Shown here piece after piece: positions 41,318 through 54,465 of a stretch of DNA of 64,000 nucleotides. The stretch is from the human T2T-CHM13v2.0 reference genome, Homo sapiens. Position 1 is the first letter of the stretch. Every line of letters begins with the position of its first letter. The position numbers and the translations under genes are program-made. The stretch lies in the NCBI RefSeq assembly GCF_009914755.1, contig NC_060944.1; one strand, given 5' to 3'. The notes under the pieces are model-generated. The model was not told the origin of the DNA, searched no databases, and saw nothing but the letters and a program-made list of their open reading frames with translations.

Positions 41318-42367
41318 CGATTGAAAAAGAAACCCAGAACCTTCAGAAGCAGACAATTTTTTGGTTGCCCTCAATTATTGGACTATCTATAAGAGATTTT
41401 CTTTTGCCTTAAGGTAAAGGTGGTATCGCCATTTTCCACATAATCAAAAACGTTTCCATGTTTAATTTTTATTATAAATTGAAATTTTACAATGATACTG
41501 AGTTTTTTATATCTATATCTTCTTTCATGGTGCCTAAACGTTTTCCTTGAAATCTATAAAAATTTTCAAATTGTCTTCCAATAATAAATACCATTTGGTA
41601 ACCTTTACAAATATATAAGGCTATTACAACTCAGCTCCAGCTAATGATTGACATTTAGACGTGTAAGCCCAATATAGCCAGAGCTTCTGTATTTAAAAAA
41701 AAAAAACAAACTCAAATTTGCTACACATTTTGAGTCATACAAAATTTGACTGCAGGCAGATTCAGCTTGATGGTCACCAGGTTGTTTTCACCACAGTCTG
41801 CTAAACTGCATCCCCACACAGCCCAGGACTGCATAACTGAACTCACAGCTCCCAAATCTGAATGCACAAATAAACTATTGAATTTGGTGCAAAAAGAATT
41901 TAAATGCCCACTTAAAATAACGTATTTCTTATAATTTTCAAGAAATAAGAAATAAATTAACTTTAGTAACACTCAGTAATGCAGAGAGACACTGACACCC
42001 CTCACTTGGGTCCATAAACCTGATGCTGCTGTGTCCCCTAAGATTTGCTGGAGAAAGACTGCAGGTTCCAATGGAGAGATGCCAGGGTAGGCTAGATGCA
42101 TAATGCAACTTACTGAAAATCACGAATGACCAGGTGAGTGAGTTTTTGAACAATAATGTATAATTTCAACTAAGTGAACCCCTCCCCAGATGGACAAGTA
42201 GCATAAAAAATATTTATTCAAAGGACTATAAACTGAAGATAATGCTAAGGACACAAAAACACAAGCATAGAAAGATAATGGAAAACGTGGCCTTTACACA
42301 ACTCCTATTTCAATTGCTTGGTAAGCAATATAGTAAGATAAGAAGAACAGCGATCTAAAAAGAACTA

Positions 42368-43839
42368 GCCAATTATCGCAGCACCATTTGTTGAAAAGGG
42401 TGTCCTTTCCCCACTTTTTTTGCTTTGTCAAAAATCAGTTGGCTGTAAGTATTTGGGTTTATATCTGGGTTCTCTATGCTGTTCCATTGTTCTATGTGCC
42501 TATTTTTATACCAGTACCATGCTGTTTTGGTGACTATGGCCTTATAGTATAGTTTGAAATCAGGTAGTGTGATGCCTCCAGATTTGTTATTTTTGCTTAG
42601 TCTTGCTTTGGCTATGCCAGCTATTTTTTGTTGCATATGAATTTTAGAATTTTTTTTTCTAATTCTGTGTAGAATGATGGTGCCATTTCAATGGGGATTG
42701 CGTTGAATTTATAGATTGCTTTTGGCAGTGTGGTCATTTTCACAATAATGATTCTACCCATCCATTAGCATGGAATGTGTTTCCATTTGTTTGTGTAGTC
42801 TATGATTTCTTTCAGCAGTGTTTTGTAGTTTTTCTTGTAGAGGTCTTTCACCTCCTTAGTTAGGTATATTCCTAAGTATTTTATGTTTCTTCTTCAGCTA
42901 TTGTGAAAGGGGTTGAGTTCTTGGTTTGATTCCCCACTTGGTCGCTGTTGGTGTATAGAAGAGCTACTGATTTGTGTACATGAATCGTGCATCCAGAAAC
43001 TTTGCTGAATTCTTTTATCAGTTTTAGGAGCTTTCTGGAGGAGTCTTTAGGGTTTTCGAGGTAAATGATCGTATCCTCAGCAAACAGTGAGTCTGACTTC
43101 CTCTTTACTGATTTGGATACCCTTTCTTTCTTTCTCGTCTGATTGGTCTGGCTAGTACTTCCAGTATTATGTTGAAAAGGAGTGGTGAGAATGGGCATTC
43201 TTGTCTAGTTCCAGTTCTCAGAGGGAATGCTTTCAGCTTTTCCCTATTCAGTATTATGTTGGCTGTGGGTTTGTCATAGATGGCTTTTGTTACATTGAGG
43301 TATGTCCTTTGTATGCCAATTTTGCTGAGAGTTTTAATCATAAAGCGATGCTGGATTTTCTCGAATGCTTTTTCTGCATCTATTGAGACTATCATGTGAT
43401 TTTTGTTTTTAAGTCTGTTTATCTGGTGTATCACATTTATTGACTTGCGTATGTTAAACCATCCCTGCATCCCTGTTATGAAACTCACTTGATCGGGGTG
43501 GATTATCTTTTTGATATGTGATTGGATTTGGTTAGCTAGTATTTTGTTAAGGATTTTAGCATCTATATTCATCAGGGATATTGGTCTCTAGTTTTCTTTT
43601 TTGGTTATGTCCTTCCTTTCTTTGTTTTGGTATTAGGGTGATACTGGCTTCATAGAATGTATTAGGGAGGGTTCCCTCTTTCTCTAGCTTGTGGAATAGC
43701 ATCAAAAGTATTGGTACCAATTCTTCTTTGAATGTCTGGTAGAATTCTGCTTGCACATGCATGTTTACAGCAGCACAATTCGCAATTGCAAAATTGTGGA
43801 ACCAACCCAAATGTCCATCAATCAACAAGTGGATAAAGA

Positions 43840-43872
<33 letters not shown>

Positions 43873-44258
43873 CACACACACAGAATGGAATACTACTTGT
43901 CCATGAAAATGAATGAAATAACGGCATTTGCAGCAACCTGGATGAGATTGGAGACTATTATTCTAAGTGAAGTACTTAGGGATGGAAAAGCAAACATTGT
44001 ACTTTCTCACTGATATGTGGGAGCTAAGCTATGAGAATGCAAAGGCAGAAGAATGATAGAATGGACTTTGGGGACTTGGGGGAAAGGGTGGGAGGGAGGC
44101 GAGGGATAAAAGACTACAAGTAGGGTACAGTGTATACGGCTCCGGTGAAGGATGCACCAAAATCTCACAAATCACCACTAAAGAACTTACTCATGTAACC
44201 AAATACCACCTGTACCCCTGTAACCTATGGAAAATAAATAAATAAATATAAATAAAAA
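42368..44258. mobile_element. L1PB (L1PB1-like) with 5' inversion: antisense ORF2 42368-43750, sense 3' end 43751-44258
   Basis: ORF-track peptides are L1 ORF2 RT ([17 protein letters not shown]...; [27 protein letters not shown]); sense 3'UTR ends 'taaccaaataccacctgtaccc...ctatggaaaataaa'; (TG)n at 43841-43869. Confidence 0.92.
42373..43750 (-). pseudogene. Disrupted L1 ORF2 reverse-transcriptase fragment
   Basis: Four ORF pieces in different frames; catalytic FADD motif reads FAED ([13 protein letters not shown]). Confidence 0.85.
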
Positions 44259-44589
44259 GAGATTAGAATAGTGTCTGACTTAAAGGGTTCAACAAATGAG
44301 TAAATGGGTCAACTAGTTAAAAAGAACTAATGAGCAGTCAGCCACAAATTTTCCAAATTATTAAGAATATTATTGCCATGTCACTTTTTTAATTTTTAGA
44401 ACATACTTTCATGTATATAATGATTTGAAATATTAGTCAATGAGAGTAGTAGATGTGTATGAGTGTATGAAGTCAGAATGCCTTCTTGAGATTAGGGAAC
44501 ATGATCGAAAATATAACACTATAAAACATTCAAAAAGCTATCCAGTTTACTTTGGGGTAAGTAAAAGGCATTTTTAAAATGGCAAATCC

Positions 44590-45030
44590 ACATGGTAGAA
44601 GCAATCCAGGTGTCCATCAACGGATGTCCAGGTAAGCAAAGTGTGGTGTAGATACACAAGAGAATAGTATTCAGCCTTAAAAAGGAAGGAAATTCTGACA
44701 TATGCTATCATGTGGATGAACCTTGAGGACATTATGCTAAGTGAAATAAGCCGGTCACAAAAGGACATATATGTATGATTCCACTTCTATGAGGTTCTTA
44801 GTGTAGTCAAATCCAAAAAGACAAAAAGTAGAAGAGTGGTTGTCAGGGGCCAAGCAGGGAGGGGGATGAGGAGTTGGTGTTTAATGAGCACAGATTTTCA
44901 GCTGGGGAAGATGAAAACTCAGGAGATGGGTGGGGGTAATAGTTGCACATCAATGTGAATGTACCTAATGCCACAGAACTGTACACTTAAAAATTGTTAA
45001 GATAGTAAATTTTATGGTATGTACTTTTTA
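44590..45030 (+). mobile_element. L1MB 3' fragment
   Basis: 'gtgtccatcaacggatg...tcagccttaaaaaggaaggaaattctgac...gaactgtacacttaaaaattgttaagatagtaaattttatg'. Confidence 0.88.
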
Positions 45031-45779
45031 TCCATCCCCACAGAACAAACTTTTGAAAAAATACACCAAGATTGTCTCTTTGGAATCATTAATGACATGT
45101 ATACATTCACGGGGAAAAACGTTTAACAATCCAATATTTTAAAATCCCTAGAAATAAAAATGACAACTCATATGGCTCAATCCCCTTATCCTCACATCAC
45201 TGTAGGGAAATGGAGGAGGAGGACCAGCCTTGAGGCATTGCTTCTTTTCCCTTTCTCCGAACTTGTGCATTTCAGAGTGAAAATCAGCACTGAGACTTTC
45301 TTAGCTGTCTCAGCTTATTTCCTCTACCCACATCACAGAAGAAAAACTGAAGTGAATCATTTCCAATAGTTATAAAATGAAAAACAATGAAAGTAACCTC
45401 CCAATAAATATGTGACTAGTGCCAATGTATTTCCAGAAATGCAATGCACATCTGCGAAATATGTCTGCTTCATTCTAGGAAGCTAACATAACAGCTGCAC
45501 AATAAAGAAAGATCTCTGATAGCTTCTACCATAAGCTCACTTTAGAGAACATATGAAATCTAACACAACTACGTACTTTTATAAAAAGCATCATAAACTA
45601 GTTACAACTCATAACTGATTGGCTCCCTACCATTTTAATCTCATCTTCCTCATTAATAATTTTAGTAGAGTGGCTAATTCTTCCTGGCTTTTAACCTTCA
45701 CCCATATTAGTCAATATTGTTTTTACATTTACGGCAGTGGTTATTCATACTTGCTCACATTTTATCAATTTCTCTGCCT

Positions 45780-47000
45780 GCCATTGTTTGTTTATTATTT
45801 TGGAATTTTCACCATATATGATTAACATCCTATAAAATGTACTATTTTAAAATGGACCATTTAGTAGCTTTAATATATTCACAAAGTACATCACCATCAC
45901 CACAATCTAATTCCAAAACATTTTCATTACTATAAAAAAAATCAAGTACTTGTTAGTGGTCACTTCCCATTTTCCCATCCCCGAGACCCTGGCAGCCCCT
46001 AATCTATTTCTATGAATTTGCTTATTCTCGATTTCTACAAATGGAATTGCACAACATATAGCATTTTGTGGCCGATTTCTTTCACATGCCTCATGTTTTG
46101 TTACTGATTACGTTTTAGCCTATATCAGTAATTCATTCCTTTTTATTGCGAAAGAATATTCTATTGTATGGTATACTACATTTTGTTCATTCAACAGTTG
46201 ATGGACATTTGGATTGTTTGAATATATATGTTTAATTCTTGTTAGAAACAAATGCTCTTTGCTGCAAAGAATAATCAGCACTCTGGCAAAAGTTGTCTCA
46301 GCAAGGCAATTTACTTCCATAGAAGGGTGCGTCTCATGGATGGAGCAATGGCAAGAGCACACTGAACAAAGGAAAGCAGGGGTTTTTATTCCTAACGCAA
46401 TTGGTTTCTACTACTGTGTCCTGTCTCCATTGGCTGGAGCTGGACTGCACAATCTAAACTGGTCCTGGTTGGCTAATTTGAAGGGTGCAGGAAGGGGGTT
46501 ACACTGGCAAGAAGGACAGGTTTGGTGGGAAAAGCGATTGTGGTGGGAGGGGTAATTTACAGGGTTAGCAGCAGATGTGGAATGTAGGCTCTATAGATAA
46601 GAACTGATGGGGGAGTTGTTTACTGAGACTAGGACAGGGAGACATAAAGAATAAGTAAGTTCCGCTTTAAAAGCAGGAAACAAAGAACAAGGGAACTTAG
46701 ACAAGCTAAACCTTTGAAGAAGAACTTCTTACTGTATTTAACATTCTCTTGGGTATACACTACTGAGTAGAATTGCTGGCTCATATGATGACTCTAACTC
46801 TTTGAAAAACTGCCAAATTTTCAAAATTGGCTGCACTATTTTACATTCTTAATAATTTCTCCATATTCTCACCAACACTTAATATTGCCATATTTTTATT
46901 ATAGCCATCCTAGTTAGGTATGAAGGGGCTTTGATTTATGATTTTGATTTGTATTTCCCTAATAACTAATGATGGTGAGCATCTATCATGTTTACTGTTG
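45780..47000 (-). mobile_element. L1MB/MC 3' fragment split by LTR10
   Basis: 'catcaccacaatctaattccaaaacattttcat...gttgatggacatttgg' resumes 'tctcttgggtatacac...tatagccatcctagt'. Confidence 0.8.
46240..46743 (-). mobile_element. LTR10-family (HERV-I) solo LTR
   Basis: TG...CA termini; reverse strand begins tgttaaatacagtaagaagttcttcttcaaagg; TSD TTCT (46236-46239, 46744-46747). Confidence 0.8.
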
Positions 47001-47129
47001 GTTTTTGCATTCAATGTCTTCCTTCAGCATTCGGATTCCTTCCCACTGAAGTATAACTTGTAACAGTTCTTTCAGAATACATCTTGGAGAGGTGAACTTT
47101 CTTAATTTACATATATCCGTAAATTTCTT

Positions 47130-47700
47130 TTTGTCTTATCTTTTGACTATTTATTGACATGTAACAAATACAGTATAAATTATAATCATGTAGCTCAATA
47201 CATTTTCACAAATTCAGAAAAAAGCACTTGAATAACCAATACCTATAATAAAAAATAAAAGCTTAACAGCATCTTGGAAGCCCCACTGGGCCACTCTAAG
47301 TTACTGCTCTCTAATAGATAACTTTTATCCTAGCTTTTGCACCACACACAAGTTTGCCTAGGTTTAAACTTCAAATAAATGGAATAATATCATTCAGAAC
47401 ATACATATTTTTTCTCTTTCCTAATTGTTTTAGTATATCATGTGCTGTGGGGATACATATTCTCTTCAGTTGTATCTACTGACTATTTATTTCATGTTAG
47501 ATTACATTCTCATGCAATTTGCAAATTTTGTAGTGACCTTATATTTCATAATATTTCATAGAGTCATATATTATTTTCATCTTGGATTCCCAAGTGCCCT
47601 GGTTTGGAAAAACCCATATAGAAGAGGTTGTTTTTGGTTTGACTGGCATTGACCTCTTGGAATGGTCTAGGATTATATTAAATGGTCTGGCTTCATGTTT
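47130..47700 (-). mobile_element. L1ME 3' fragment (degraded)
   Basis: 'gtagctcaatacattttcacaaat...cagcatcttggaagcccc...ataaatggaat'. Confidence 0.55.
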
Positions 47701-48955
47701 TCCTACCTTAGAGTTAGTAAAAATGCAATTCAACACCTCTGCATCTTGCTTGAGATTACAACATACACACTTCTGGCAGATCCTCGATACTTTCCATAAC
47801 TTGTCCTTCATAAGACTGTTTTAGAATTGAAGCAAATCTTTGCCTCTTTTGTAAATTCAAAACCAGATTCTTTGAATGGTAATGCAGATATTAAATAAGT
47901 GTGTGGGTTAAATGACAACCCAAAGACTCTGTTTTTATCAAGACCTTCTAGTTAGCACATAAATATATATTTTTGCTTACATAAGACACTAAATGGGATC
48001 TGAATACTTAAAAGGGATAGATATATTCTATGAAGACATGCAAATACAAATAATTAACTATCAAGTTTCCCTGTGGGCAGGTATATTGAATCCAAGTTCC
48101 TCTTCTTGGCTTCTTGATCCCAACCCTCCTTACCAACATTTCCTTCTGCTTCTCAATCTTCACAATTCATTGTAGTTTGAGTTCTTGATAGCCCTCTTCC
48201 CTGTAGCACATTCTAGATTTCTGGCCTTGCTATTGACAGCCCCACCTCTGAAAAACCTGCTTATTTTATTCTTTAAATATACTTTTTATACTATCCCTCA
48301 GGCTATATTTTTTTTCTGAAGAACTATCATTTTTTCTAGTGCTTTGTCTATGCTAAGACCATCAGTGCTTCATAAAATGTGGTTTAATTATTCATACATA
48401 GTTATAACAGTAGGATCTGCTTTATATGCCCCTGAGCTTTGCATAGCTCAGGGTAGGCCAGTATACTTCTTAATCCCTTAAGTAAAGATTTGGGATCTTG
48501 TTCTCAGCACCGTGTTTTATGTTTAGTGGTCCTCTTTGACCCTGTAGTTATCTTTGCAGAGTTACTGTAGTGAGGCACCTTTCACAAAATGAGCAATGTT
48601 TCTGGGTCAACCAGTTGGATGCTTGGTACAAATAGATTTGTCTTTATTTAAATGAAGAATGAGATGCCGGACTTAAAGATACAGGTTCTGAGAACTTAAA
48701 TAGCATCCTTCACAGCAGTCTTTCTTGATTAACATTAACTTGCCTAGCACTGCTAGGTGTCAACTTCCAAATTGGATCCACTCTTTCATCTTAGGATGCT
48801 CTGAGTTAAAGATCTTCTTGTTTCTCATCTCCTACTTTCTCAGAACTTTCTTCCCCATACCCACTTATCCTTCACACCATAAATTTTATTACTCTCTTTG
48901 CCTTTATCCCCTTCAATTATGAATCCCATCATTAGCTCATTAAAACATGACTTCA

Positions 48956-49237
48956 GGCTTGGCACGGTGGCTCATGCCTGTAATCTCAGCACTTTGGGAG
49001 GCCACAGCAGGCAAATCATTTGAGGCCAGAAGTTCAAAACCAGCCTGGCCAACATGGCAATAACCCATCTCTACTAAAAATACAAAAATTAGCCAGGCAT
49101 GGTGGTGCACACCTGTAATCCCAGCTACTTGGGAGGCTGAGGCAGGAGAATCACTTCAATCAGTGAGGTGGAGGCTGCAGTGGGCCAAGATCATGCGATT
49201 GCACCCCAGCCTGGGTAAGAAAGTGAGGTCCTGTCTC
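48956..49237 (+). mobile_element. Alu (AluJb/Sz-like)
   Basis: Full dimer ending 'gaggtcctgtctc'; A-tail replaced by AT-rich tract. Confidence 0.9.
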
Positions 49238-49247
49238 CCTGTCTCTC

Positions 49248-50830
49248 ATATATATACATAACTAAAATAATATATAGTAATATATGTTATATATTATACT
49301 ATATTATATAATATACTATAATATATATAATATAGTATATATTGTATATAATATAGTATATATAATATAATAGTATATAATATAGTATAGATAGTATAGA
49401 ATATATAGTATATACCTAGTATACTATATTATATAGTATAACTATTATAATATTTATAGTATATTATACTATATAATACAGTATACTGTATTATATACTA
49501 TAATCTACTAGATTATAATATACTATATAATCAGTATACTATATTGTATAGTATAATATAGTATTATATTATAGTAATATATTATAAAGTATTATAGTAA
49601 TATAGTATAATATACTATACATTATATAGTATAGTATATTATATAGTATACTATATATAAGTATATTTAATAGTATATTGTATATAGTAATTATATATAG
49701 TATATATAATATACAATGTATAGTATATTATAGTATACTATACGATACTGTAGTATAGTATGCTATATAGTATACTATATACGACAGTATCATATAGTAT
49801 ACTACAAAATATATAGTATAGCATAGTATACTATATAATATACTATATTATATATACTATATTATATATACTATACTATATTATATATACTATATTATAT
49901 ATACTATACTATACATAAAATACTATATATAGTATATTATATATAGTATACTATATATAGTATATAATATATAGTATACTATATATACTATATATAGTAT
50001 ACTATATATACTATATATAGTATACTATATATCATATATAGTATTATATACAGTATACTATATATAATATAGTATACTATACTATAATATACTATTTGTT
50101 ATAATTATCTAGTATAGTATACTATATATACTATATTATATAGTATATAGTATATATAGTATATAGTATATATACTATATACTATATATACTATATACTA
50201 TACTATATAATATATATACTAAATAAATATAATATACTTATTTAAATATATTTAAATAAATATATTAAATATTTAAATATAATTACTTAAATATATATTT
50301 AAAATATTTAATAAACATATATTTAAATATTTATTTAATATTTAAATATTAAATATATATAATTAATATAATTATATATATATTATATACTATATATTAT
50401 ATATACTATATAATATACTATATATAGTATACTAATATAATATACTATATATACTATATATAATATACTATATATAGTATATATAGTATAGTATACTATA
50501 ATATACTATATTATATAATATAGTATACTATATATTGTATACTATACTATGCTATAGTATGCTATATACTACACTATAGTATACTGTGTACTATACTATA
50601 GTATACAGTATACTATATACTATACTATAGTATAGTATACTATAGTATAGTATACTATATACTATAGTATAGTATATAGTATACTGTATACTATAGTATA
50701 GTATACTATATACTATACTATACTATAGTATACTCTATAGTATATAAAGACATATATATAGTCTTCAAAATGAAGATCCTGTATCCTATATATATATATA
50801 ACTTCAAAAGTGAGATACATATATATGATG
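49248..50830. repeat. ~1.5-kb AT-rich (TATAG/TATAC)n-type palindromic tract
   Basis: Direct inspection; almost no G/C except in TAG/TAC/AGT units. Confidence 0.95.
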
Positions 50831-51212
50831 TAGAAACTTTAGAATATACAAAATTGTCTTCTTCAGGATAAGAAAATCCTGATATTCAGCCTAACCTCCA
50901 CTGACTGTAAAGGAAGAATGGGTTTCACTTTCAGGGAAGGTCACCTTCATCCTCATGAAGAACTGTCAAAAATAGTCTGCCAAGAGTCCCAGATTGAACA
51001 CCTTCTGTGTAGGTGACAAAAGGACAAAAAAAATAATCAATTCATGGCTTACGTGCTGATATAGTCATGGGATATTAACAAATGCAATCACTGTAATTAT
51101 TAATGGCATTCATTAAACACCATGGTGTGCTGGTAGGTTGTTCCACATGAAACTGACTATGCAGGTGGTATGTCATTCCATTTCACTATATGCTCCCTAC
51201 AGATAATTACTA

Positions 51213-51631
51213 TGTTATAACCAGCTTGCAAAATCAGGACTGACCCCCACCTAAAGTTCAGATGGCAAGGTTGATGAAATCACAAGCACACAAAGAGGGT
51301 ATGGAAAGGATGCTTACTTACATAATTGAGGTCTCTGGGAGAACCGGGCAGACCTCTCAAGCAGGTCAGAAATGGTTTGTGAGGGCCAGGAAAGGTGACT
51401 GGCTTGGGTCTCTATTATGATTCACCGTGGGACCAGGGTGAGCATTCCATATGGGCAGAGGTTTCCATGGTTTGGATGTCTCGCTGGTGCCAAAGGAGAA
51501 AGCACCCAGGCTTTTTCTTTTCTTTTTTTTTTGAGCTTGTACAGATGTGGCTACAAGGGAAAGCAGAGGGGTGAGGCTTAAAATCTATCAACAGTCAGAC
51601 ATCAAAAAATAGAATCAGACTCCTAATTACA
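51213..51631 (-). mobile_element. ERVL-class LTR (MER76-like)
   Basis: TG...CA ends; reverse strand begins tgtaattaggagtctgattctattttttgatgtctgactg. Confidence 0.55.
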
Positions 51632-52445
51632 GAGCATTTGTTGACAGTTCTTCATAGCTGTCATTTTGCTTCCATCATGTTAAATATTTTGTAGTCCACT
51701 CGGTAAATGCTTCTAGATTAACTGTTTGTTTGGATCACAAATCTTATTTTTTGTCTAATGTCAAGAGGAAACTCTAAAAGTGTAAGATCTTTGTAAGGGC
51801 ATTAAGCTCAATCACAAAAGTGCAATGCTTTTAGAAAACTAAGCCGACACTGGTTGAGTCCATCTAGCTCTAGCCTGCTAGAGCTGCCAGCACTCTCCCC
51901 CAGTTGTCTGAAATATGCCTTCTTCTGTAATTGGCCTTGCACCTCTGCTCCAAAGGAAGGTTCAGTTCTGTCTACTCATTGCCTTCTAAGTCTTACTTCC
52001 TTTGGCAATATCTAAGGTTAGGTCAGCAGCGTGTTTTCTATTGTATTAGGTGATCTCATCCCCTAGGACCCTACATGAATTTACATGAATTACGATCTCA
52101 ACAATCACTCTCTCTTTCCCTTTGCGTCCCCATTAGCACCCCTTGGTTGATTTGTGCCAATGCTTATTGTCCTTTAAGTTATGAAGAAGAAAAAGAAAAT
52201 CTGATAAATCAATTTCCTCCTCAACGAAAAGGAAAATTATTATTTTATACTTCTTAATCTTGCCGTGATATGCATATATTGTAGGCTGTATCAGCTATCC
52301 ACTACATACTTAGAAATTTGGCTAATTATCATAACATAAATTAACATTTTATGGCTGTGAAAAGAGAATAGAAATGGATTTTAGAATGTCAAGTATTTAT
52401 CACTAGTATGTGTTAATATAAATAGCTTAATAAAAATAGGGCATT

Positions 52446-53470
52446 TATATGTATATATGTGGGTGTTCATGTATATATTTTTATATGTATATATGTGGGT
52501 GTGCATGTATACATTAAATGATGAATTTATATGTATATATTAAATGTATATATTATATGTATATATTACATATATACATATTGTATATTACATATACATA
52601 ATACATAAAATGTTTAATACATACATAATATATACATAATATAATATTGTATATTATTAAATTATACATGTATATATGTATACATGTATACAAAATATGT
52701 ATATAATATATACAAAAAATGTGTATTTTTGTACATATATTGTACAAAAATATGTATATTATATATACAAAATATGTATATAATATATACATATATTATG
52801 TAATATAATATATACATAATGTGTATTACATACATTATATGTAATATATACATATATATTATATACATATATATTATATACATATATGTATATATTATAT
52901 ACATATATGTATATATTATATATTATGTATACATATATGTATATATGTATATATTATATATTATGTATACACATATGTATATATGTATATATTATATATT
53001 ATGTATACACATATGTATATATGTATATATTATATATTATGTATACACATATGTATATATGTATATATTATATATTATGTATACACATATGTATATATGT
53101 ATATATTATATATTATGTATACACATATGTATATATGTATATATTATATATTATGTATACACATATGTATATATGTATATATTATATATTATGTATACAC
53201 ATATGTATATATGTATATATTATATATTATGTATACATATATGTATATATTATATATTATGTATACATATATGTATATATTATATATTATGTATACATAT
53301 ATGTATATATTATATATTATGTATACATATATGTATATATGTATGTATACATGTATATACATATATACGTATACACATATATACGTGTATATACATATAT
53401 ACGTATATACACGTATATATTAAATGATAAATTTATATGTATATATGCGTGTGTGCACACACACACGAGA
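52446..53470. repeat. AT-rich tract containing a 38-bp VNTR (7 copies from 52961) switching to a 30-bp unit (from 53227)
   Basis: Unit ttatgtatacacatatgtatatatgtatatattatata; explains the Y/I/M-rich ORFs at 52553-53488. Confidence 0.93.
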
Positions 53471-54127
53471 TATGTTGGTTTTGTGTAATGCAACCAAATA
53501 AATTAAGTATACATAGGAGAGAGTCACTGCCCTGACTCTTAAATGTAACCCTTATTAAAGAAAATATTTTAGTTCATTTTTTATCTATCAACCTTTTTTA
53601 TCTATCAACTCTGAAATCTGCAATCAATCATATTTGGTTATGAGCAAAATAACATGAATGATAATCTAAAATTTCTGGCCAAATAACACTGGGATAATTG
53701 CATTATTACCTCTAGTACTCTTAGAAATTTCATTTGCCAGTCATAATGTCATTGAGGGGTGAGTAAACTTTTCAATAGCAGGTAGTTTACCATTGGAGAA
53801 ATGCATTCTGGATATTTCCCAAAGTACACCTGAGATTTAGATTATTTTACTGATAGTTTTTGAGAAGAAAATAATAATCATTTTTCTGGTTCTTCACACC
53901 AAAAAAATTTTAAATGAAGTTGGGCATTTTAAATACTCTTTGGATTTAGAGCTCTCTAATTATATTTGAATCAGAACAAAATTCCATTAAAATAATTTTA
54001 ATTTCCAATATTATGCACCAAGCATCTGATTTTTTCATGAGTTTGCCAATGGAAGTTCATGCTGCTGGTCAAAGTTCCCACTCATATAAGAATAATTTCT
54101 TTTAAGAATAATTTCTTTTACCCTTGA

Positions 54128-54465
<338 letters not shown>

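Noticed and set aside
44259-44329. Apparent L1 3' transduction (TAAAAAGAACTA at 42356-42367 recurs at 44318-44329)
   Set aside because: A degenerate TSD (taaaaagagattag) sits directly at the tail, the intervening 60 bp resembles a MIR tail continuing the upstream flank, and there is no second poly(A).
52553-53488. 146-202 aa Y/I/M/C-rich ORFs
   Set aside because: They are translations of the stop-free 38/30-bp AT VNTR; the 38-aa periodicity equals three repeat units.
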